Shown here in pieces: positions 26,488 to 32,000 of a stretch of DNA of 32,000 nucleotides. Both the position numbers and the translations under genes were made by a program. The notes below the pieces were generated by a model. The model was not told where the DNA came from. It did no database searches and saw only the letters and a program-made list of their open reading frames with translations. Source of the DNA: Candidatus Nitrospira inopinata (GTDB lineage: Bacteria > Nitrospirota > Nitrospiria > Nitrospirales > Nitrospiraceae); assembly GCF_001458695.1 (NCBI RefSeq), contig NZ_LN885086.1, forward strand, positions 300,001 through 332,000, read 5' to 3'. The first letter of the stretch is position 1, and each line of letters opens with the position of its first letter.

Positions 26488-27465
26488 CTACCAATCGAGG
26501 AGATAGGCGAAGATGAGCGGCGCCACGATGGTGGCGTCCGATTCGATCACGAACTTCGGCGTGTCGGCGCCCAACTTACCCCAGGTGATTTTCTCGTTCG
26601 GCACGGCGCCCGAATACGAACCGTAGCTGGTCGTCGAATCGCTGATTTGGCAGAAGTAGCCCCACAGAGGCACCTGCTCCAGCCGCAGGTCCTGGCTCAG
26701 CATGGGAACGACACAGATGGGAAAATCCCCCGCGATCCCGCCTCCGATTTGGAAAAAGCCCACCGACTGAACGGCGGACTCGCGCCGGTACCAATCGGCC
26801 AGTTCGATCATGTACTCGATCCCGCTCCGAACCGTGTGTACGTTGCCGATCTTCTTGGTGATGCACTGCGCCGCGTACATATTGCCCAATGTCGAATCTT
26901 CCCAACCCGGCACAAACATCGGCAGATTCCGTTCCGCCGCCACATGCAGCCAACTGTCCTGTGGATCGATTTGATAGGACTCCTTCAACGTTCCTTGACG
27001 GAGAACGCGGTACAAAAATTCGTGCGGGAAGTACCGTTGGCCGGACCGGTCCGCGGCCGACCACTCCGCGAACACGGCTCGCTCCACGCGACGCATGGCC
27101 TCTTCTTCGGGGATGCAGGTGTCGGTCACCCGATTCAGGTGCCGCTCAAGCAACCGTTGCTCGTCCCGCGCGTTCAGTTCTCGATAATGGGGAATGCGCT
27201 CGTAATGGTCATGGGCCACCAAGTTGAACACGTCTTCCTCAAGATTCGCCCCCGTGCAGCAGATGGCGTGCACCTTGTCTTTGCGAATCATCTCCGCGAG
27301 CGACAGGCCCAGCTCCGCCGTACTCATCGCACCGGCGATCGTCACCAGCATCTTGCCGCCCTTTTCGAGGTGAGCCCGATACCCGTGCGCCGCGTCCTTC
27401 AGCGACGCGGCGTTGAAATGCCGATAGTGGTGATCGATAAACTGCGAAATGGACGTTGGTTTCAT
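26488..27465 (-). CDS. Deoxyhypusine synthase-like protein (bacterial DHS / homospermidine-synthase-like family)
   Basis: TIAGAMSTAELG, AICCTGANLEEDVF, FQIGGGIAGDFPICVVP and SDSTTSYGSYSGAVPNEKITWGK. Confidence 0.8.
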   Translation of the reverse strand: MKPTSISQFIDHHYRHFNAASLKDAAHGYRAHLEKGGKMLVTIAGAMSTAELGLSLAEMIRKDKVHAICCTGANLEEDVFNLVAHDHYERIPHYRELNARDEQRLLERHLNRVTDTCIPEEEAMRRVERAVFAEWSAADRSGQRYFPHEFLYRVLRQGTLKESYQIDPQDSWLHVAAERNLPMFVPGWEDSTLGNMYAAQCITKKIGNVHTVRSGIEYMIELADWYRRESAVQSVGFFQIGGGIAGDFPICVVPMLSQDLRLEQVPLWGYFCQISDSTTSYGSYSGAVPNEKITWGKLGADTPKFVIESDATIVAPLIFAYLLDW

Positions 27466-27589
27466 ATACACCTCTCCCTTCCGGTTCGAACCGTTCGGCT
27501 TGTGGAGCATCCTCCGCGTCGATCGAACCAGCCGGATATTACCTCATAGGCACCGGCCAAGCAAACCACCATTCTCACAAACAATTCGT

Positions 27590-29632
27590 TCAAAAATACC
27601 ACGCCATCCCTCCCAGGAAGGTCCGGGGATTGCCCGGCACGAAGTGGATGTCCATGACCCCGGCCGGCTCGTTCCTCAGTCGCGATTCGAACGCGAAGAT
27701 CGCCTGTTCCCACTCGGTATTGAACAGATTCTGCACGAACCAAAAGGCTTCGAGCCGCCCGTGCGGCAATCGCACGGGAAGACGATACCGCTGCGATAGA
27801 TCGAAGGTGATCCATGACGGCGACCTGATGCTTCGATCCTCGATGAGCGGCCGAACGCCCAAGTACGTCGCTTGCAGTTGGGAGGTGAGTCCTTCCGGCC
27901 ACTGGAGAATGGCCGCGCCGTAGGCCGTGTATTCCGGCGCCAACGGAACGGCGTCGCCGTTTCGGAATTCCGCATGGGTCCAGGTGAAGCTGCCGTTGAC
28001 GTACAACGGCCCCCAGACCTGTCCTCTCGCCGCCACTTCCACTCCCTGTCGTCTGGTGGCTCCGCGGATCTCGGTCGTTCCTTCGTCGCCGACGAAGACA
28101 AGCTCCGACTTGAGATCCAAGCGCCACGCCGTGGCGATCAGCTCAAGCCCTTCCGATCCCCAAGGTCTCGATCGGACCCCGACCTCGTAGGTTCGCGCCC
28201 GCGCCAGCGGCGACGCGCCGAGCGCCACCGCCGACCTCGCGTCGTTGCTGTGAAACCCTTCACCGTAGTTGACAAAGAACTCCGTCCTGGCCCAGGGGCC
28301 GAGAATCATGCTCATCTTCGGGAGAATGATGCCGGACCCTTTCCGCCCCTCCGGTTGCTCCACGCAGGTGCCGCAGCGATTCGTCACATGGAAGGTGAAG
28401 AACTCCCCGCGAACTCCTCCCGCGAATCGCATCCATGAGAGCGGCTGAATCTCCGCTTTGGCGAACGGGGCATAGGAGACCGTGAAGGTCTCACTATCAA
28501 CGGTGGCGCCGGTGGGAACCCGCAGCGTTTGCGCGCCCAATTTCGTAGAGACGTCGTCCGCTCTGGTCTGAAACCCCACGGTTCCGATGGCCGGCATGCC
28601 GAAGAGGTCTATTCGCTGCTGGCAGCCGACGTCGCCGCCGTACATCACGCGGCGATCGAATTGCGCGAACCCGTCGCCGTTGACCGGATCGTTCAAAAAA
28701 AACGTAAAATCGGTGAACAGGTCCAATCGATAGTATTGCCCGTACACGTCGAGAAATAACCGCCCGCCCGACGTCGTGTCATAGTGATAATTCAGATGGC
28801 CCGTCGTTCGGAGCGTGTTGCCCCCTTCATAGGGGTTGACGGCCCCGAAGCGATCCAACAGACCGGCCGTCACCGCGCGAAGCGGGATCTCGCCGGACCC
28901 GTCCCATCGCGCCTGAAGAAACGTCGTCATGAGCCGAAGTTCATCCCTGCCCATTAGAGTGGTTGTGGCTTTCCCCATCAAATTGACTCGGTGATACTGG
29001 TTGTCGTTGAGATAGGGACCATTGGTATAGAATCCCTCCGCGGCCACCAACGTGCGCGTTCGCTCCGTGCTCGGAGAAAACATCAGGAGGTATCGCTGGG
29101 TGCTGAATTCCCCGCCCGCCCCTTGAATCACTCCCTCCTTGACCAGATCGCGCGTCCGAAAATTCACCGCGCCCGCCGTCACGAAATCGCCGTACTCCGG
29201 GAGATAGGCCCCCTTGTGGACGTCGATGCCCTCGATCGTCTCAGGAATAATAAAATTCAGATCCGTATAGCCCTGCCCGTGCGCGTGGCTTCTCAAGTTG
29301 ATCGGCATGCCGTCGAGAAAAAAGCCGACGTCCGTCCCATGGTCCGCGTCGAAGCCTCGGAGAAAGTATTGATCGGCCTTGCCGGCGCCGCCTGAATGTT
29401 CCACGGCCACGAAGCCGGGAATCAATCGAAGCACCTGCGCGGGGCGACCTTGGGGCTGAAGGAGAATTTCCTTGTCCGGGATGAACTGCTGTGACGAAGC
29501 GGCAACCGGTTCTTCGCCGATGACCGCGACCTCCGGAACGTCAAGGGCTTCCTCGTCCGGATCGTGGGCCCATATCACCTCCCCGCCCCAACTCCACATC
29601 ACCGCCGCCAGCATCATGATGAGACGCCCCAT
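27590..29632 (-). CDS. TonB-dependent outer-membrane receptor
   Basis: Signal peptide, a plug region (...FVAVEHSGGAGKADQYFLRGFDADHGTDVGFFLDGMPIN), a long beta-barrel and the terminal aromatic ...GGMAWYF. Confidence 0.85.
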   Translation of the reverse strand: MGRLIMMLAAVMWSWGGEVIWAHDPDEEALDVPEVAVIGEEPVAASSQQFIPDKEILLQPQGRPAQVLRLIPGFVAVEHSGGAGKADQYFLRGFDADHGTDVGFFLDGMPINLRSHAHGQGYTDLNFIIPETIEGIDVHKGAYLPEYGDFVTAGAVNFRTRDLVKEGVIQGAGGEFSTQRYLLMFSPSTERTRTLVAAEGFYTNGPYLNDNQYHRVNLMGKATTTLMGRDELRLMTTFLQARWDGSGEIPLRAVTAGLLDRFGAVNPYEGGNTLRTTGHLNYHYDTTSGGRLFLDVYGQYYRLDLFTDFTFFLNDPVNGDGFAQFDRRVMYGGDVGCQQRIDLFGMPAIGTVGFQTRADDVSTKLGAQTLRVPTGATVDSETFTVSYAPFAKAEIQPLSWMRFAGGVRGEFFTFHVTNRCGTCVEQPEGRKGSGIILPKMSMILGPWARTEFFVNYGEGFHSNDARSAVALGASPLARARTYEVGVRSRPWGSEGLELIATAWRLDLKSELVFVGDEGTTEIRGATRRQGVEVAARGQVWGPLYVNGSFTWTHAEFRNGDAVPLAPEYTAYGAAILQWPEGLTSQLQATYLGVRPLIEDRSIRSPSWITFDLSQRYRLPVRLPHGRLEAFWFVQNLFNTEWEQAIFAFESRLRNEPAGVMDIHFVPGNPRTFLGGMAWYF

Positions 29633-29758
29633 GTGTCTTTTCTCCTCGCGGTCATGCGCGGGCGGATGAGGCGCCCACGACGGCTCTCCGACGGCCCTCT
29701 CATCGGCCGGCGCAGACCTTCGTGGTCCACCGAATAACGTTGAAGCGGAAAGGCCCGG

Positions 29759-30184
29759 CTAGTCCGGGCAAGACGTCCCGGCACACCTCGCGACGTGAGC
29801 GAGAGACCGTGCGATCAATGCGTGAAGCGTGCAATCGTCGGTCCCTACGATTTCCACGTGCGCGCCATTGACGGGGAGCAAGACCTTCTTGGCCTTGGCG
29901 TTCAGAATGGCATGGGCGACGGCCGGCGTGATCTCGCCGCCCATCGCTCCCGGCAACACAAGATTGAGCGTGCCCACGATGACGTCCACGGTCGGCAGAG
30001 TGTGCACGATGGCCGATTGCCCGACGCGCACGCACCACGCGCCCGCTTCCCTCATCGCCTTTGCGGCGGCGGGAGTGGTGCCCAGCGCGACGACATTGTG
30101 CCGTTCTCCCAAGGTGCTCCGCAGGCCGGAGACCAGCAGCCGACCCAGCCCGCCGCCCTGTCCGTCGATCACGCAGACTCGCAT
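29759..30184 (-). CDS. DUF3842 family protein
   Basis: MRVCVIDGQGGGLGRLLV...VVALGTTPAAAKAMREAG...VDVIVGTLNLVLPGAMGGEITPAVAHAI...KKVLLPVN matches my recollection of DUF3842. It starts 3 nt after the nikR stop. Confidence 0.65.
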   Translation of the reverse strand: MRVCVIDGQGGGLGRLLVSGLRSTLGERHNVVALGTTPAAAKAMREAGAWCVRVGQSAIVHTLPTVDVIVGTLNLVLPGAMGGEITPAVAHAILNAKAKKVLLPVNGAHVEIVGTDDCTLHALIARSLAHVARCAGTSCPD

Positions 30185-30187
30185 GGC

Positions 30188-30604
30188 TCAGACGACTCCT
30201 TTTCCCGTAGTCGTCATCGTGAGCTTGCCGTGCTTGACGCCCTTGACGCTGATTACGGCGTCGGCCAGCTTCTTGATATCGGTTCCGCGTCCCCGCACGA
30301 CGATAACCTCAAGACAATGGGCATGGTCGAGATGCACGTGCATCCCGGAGAGGATCAGTCCCTGATGCTCGTGTTGGATGTCGGTCAATTTTCTCGTCAA
30401 GTCCCGCACGTGGTGGTCGTATACGAAAGTGACGGTCCCGACCGTTTCCCGATCGTGATCCCATTCCTGTCCGACGAGGTCGTCGCGGATCAGATCCCGC
30501 AGCGCCTCGGACCGATTGGTATAGCCGCGGGCCCTGATGCGGCGGTCGAAGGCGTCCAGCAGCCGGCCGTCGAGCGAGACGCCGAACCGCACCAATTTCT
30601 TCAT
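30188..30604 (-). CDS. nikR: Nickel-responsive transcriptional regulator NikR
   Basis: Ribbon-helix-helix N-terminus (VRFGVSLDGRLLDAFDRRIRARGYTNRSEALRDLIR) and a C-terminal metal-binding domain with His/Cys ligands (YDHH..., HEHQ, HVHLDHAHCLEV). Confidence 0.85.
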   Translation of the reverse strand: MKKLVRFGVSLDGRLLDAFDRRIRARGYTNRSEALRDLIRDDLVGQEWDHDRETVGTVTFVYDHHVRDLTRKLTDIQHEHQGLILSGMHVHLDHAHCLEVIVVRGRGTDIKKLADAVISVKGVKHGKLTMTTTGKGVV

Positions 30605-30624
30605 GGCGTTCCCTTGATTGTTAG

Positions 30625-30650
30625 TAGCACGATTTTTATTTTCATAGCAC
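30625..30650. promoter_or_regulatory. Direct repeat TAGCAC-N14-TAGCAC across an AT-rich spacer just upstream of nikR; candidate operator or promoter element
   Basis: TAGCAC at 30625-30630 and 30645-30650, a 20-nt period. The spacer gatttttattttca is the most AT-rich stretch I noticed in the window. Confidence 0.25.
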
Positions 30651-30752
30651 TCTTGGCGCCGAATCGCAACCGGCAGATCCCCCTTCACCATGTCTTACGG
30701 AATTTTGGGAGAAATGGATGTGCGCCGAAACGGCGATTCGGCGCCGGCCGAC

Positions 30753-31652
30753 TTACGACGCCGTTTCGTTCTGGGGAGAGGAAATCGCGAGAAGCAGGCA
30801 GCCGTCGTCCGTCGATGTATCATGATGGACGGTTCCGGCTTCGGCGCGGTGATAGTCCCCGACCGCCATCGGGCGTCCGGCGATCCGGCAGCCGCCTTCC
30901 AGCACGTAGAGCTCTTCCACGGCGGTGTGCCGATGCGGAGCATACCTCGTGCCGGGCGCGAAACGGAGGAGCGTGGTAATCCGCCGGGAGGCCGGATCGA
31001 ACGAGAGCAACTTGGCCGTGACTCCCGGGGCGATTTCTCGCCACGTTCCCTCCGAGGCCTTGATAAAGGTCAAGCCTTTGATCGGTTGTCTGCCGGCGAT
31101 CTTGGCCTTCCAGTACCCGATCCGCTCGGACGTGACCAAACGGATCAGACAAGTCCGCAAGAGGTGTTTCATGGCGGTCCAACGCGATCGCGGCCGGTCG
31201 TCCGGAAGACCGGCGTCTTGAGGGAGAACGGCGCTACGTTCATCGATCGGACCGCTGCTCCGCAGGTCGAACGTCGCGTCGGCATTCCGAACGGCTTGAT
31301 GACTTCCGATACGGGAGAGGAGTCGTTCTCTGAGTGAATCGCTCGGTTTGACGGAACCTGCGCTGAAAGCCACGGTATCGGCGGTCAATTCGAATTGCTC
31401 GGCTTCGCGGGCCGCTTCCAGCGCAATCCGGTCGACGAGCCGGTCGCGAAGAGTCGGCGGTGGCGGCGCCGGTTTCACCGCATAGGCAAGAAGCCCGGCA
31501 AGTTCTTCATAAACCCGGACGGTTTGCCGAAAGGATGGCGATTCATCTTCGATTCTCGCCGTCAAGACCTGCCGATCCTCGATCTCCAAAATCCCCAGAG
31601 CCTGGAGAATCGCCATCTCTTCCCGGTCATGAGGCAATTCGATCCCCGTCAC
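30753..31652 (-). CDS. Anti-sigma factor with a C-terminal ChrR-type cupin domain
   Basis: The N-terminus ...MAILQALGILEIEDRQVL...YEELAGLLAY resembles the sigma-binding helices of zinc-less anti-sigma factors. The C-terminus reads ...WREIAPGVTAKLL...LLRFAPGTRYAPHRHTAVEELYVLEGG...GDYHRAEAGTVHH. GTG start overlaps the sigma gene stop. Confidence 0.65.
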   Translation of the reverse strand: MTGIELPHDREEMAILQALGILEIEDRQVLTARIEDESPSFRQTVRVYEELAGLLAYAVKPAPPPPTLRDRLVDRIALEAAREAEQFELTADTVAFSAGSVKPSDSLRERLLSRIGSHQAVRNADATFDLRSSGPIDERSAVLPQDAGLPDDRPRSRWTAMKHLLRTCLIRLVTSERIGYWKAKIAGRQPIKGLTFIKASEGTWREIAPGVTAKLLSFDPASRRITTLLRFAPGTRYAPHRHTAVEELYVLEGGCRIAGRPMAVGDYHRAEAGTVHHDTSTDDGCLLLAISSPQNETAS

Positions 31653-32000
31653 GGCGTCAATCCTTCCTCGTAGGGGGCCAGGGCTTCTCGTAATTTAATC
31701 ATGTCCAATCTGATTCTCGTCTTCACGGTGCCGAGAGGCAACCGCAGGTGCTCCGCAATCTCACTCTGACTCAACCCATAAAAATAGGCCAGCGCGATGG
31801 CGCCGCGCTGCTCGTCGGTCAATGTCGCCAAGGCCTGGCGCACGAACCGTCGGCGCTCCTGCCCCGCCATGTCCTGTTCCGGTGTGTCCCCATCACTGGC
31901 GAACAACTCGGCGGCGTCCAGCGGTTCCAACCGTCCATACTCGGCCGCGCCCGCGCGGAATCGATCGATGGCCCTCGTTCTCGCCAACATCATCAACCAG
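31649..32000 (-). CDS. ECF-type RNA polymerase sigma factor, C-terminal part; the 5' end lies outside the window
   Basis: Region 4 helix-turn-helix: LTDEQRGAIALAYFYGLSQSEIAEHLRLPLGTVKTRIRLDMIKLREAL. The ORF is open to the window edge. Confidence 0.85.
   Translation of the reverse strand, partial: WLMMLARTRAIDRFRAGAAEYGRLEPLDAAELFASDGDTPEQDMAGQERRRFVRQALATLTDEQRGAIALAYFYGLSQSEIAEHLRLPLGTVKTRIRLDMIKLREALAPYEEGLTP

Overview
GC-rich bacterial chromosomal window; I cannot assign a taxon from the sequence alone. I recognise about 37 protein genes, most on the minus strand and tightly packed. I found no rRNA, tRNA, CRISPR array, transposase or integrase. Annotatable content, left to right: the tail of an RND efflux pump; an SCP2-domain gene and an AdoMetDC-fold gene; a roughly 5.5 kb run of co-directional uncharacterised genes (1783-7225) that includes several small Cys-rich zinc-finger-like proteins; a visibly AT-richer islet (about 7.4-9.4 kb) holding a decayed RelE/ParE toxin remnant and a two-gene membrane module whose larger protein ends in a degenerate 2-TM pore (ion-channel-like) domain; an isoprenoid-related block (ispA, hpnA-like epimerase, carotenoid-biosynthesis-family membrane protein, Sll0418-like methyltransferase); a minus-strand unit nrdA-nrdB-metE-CWC preceded by a clear cobalamin riboswitch and a near-consensus sigma70 promoter; a 2OG-Fe(II) oxygenase; an orphan GAF histidine kinase whose H-box has Thr where the phospho-acceptor His is expected; mpg, hldD and a deoxyhypusine-synthase-like gene; a TonB-dependent receptor downstream of nikR-DUF3842; and an ECF sigma / ChrR-cupin anti-sigma pair at the right edge. 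The best candidates for something undescribed are (1) the low-GC two-gene membrane/pore module beside the dead toxin-antitoxin locus, (2) a bacterial protein with exact PHD-type C4HC3 spacing, translationally coupled to a small membrane protein, and (3) three B12-independent functions (nrdAB and metE) apparently sharing one B12 riboswitch. All family assignments come from reading the translations by eye; no searches were run.
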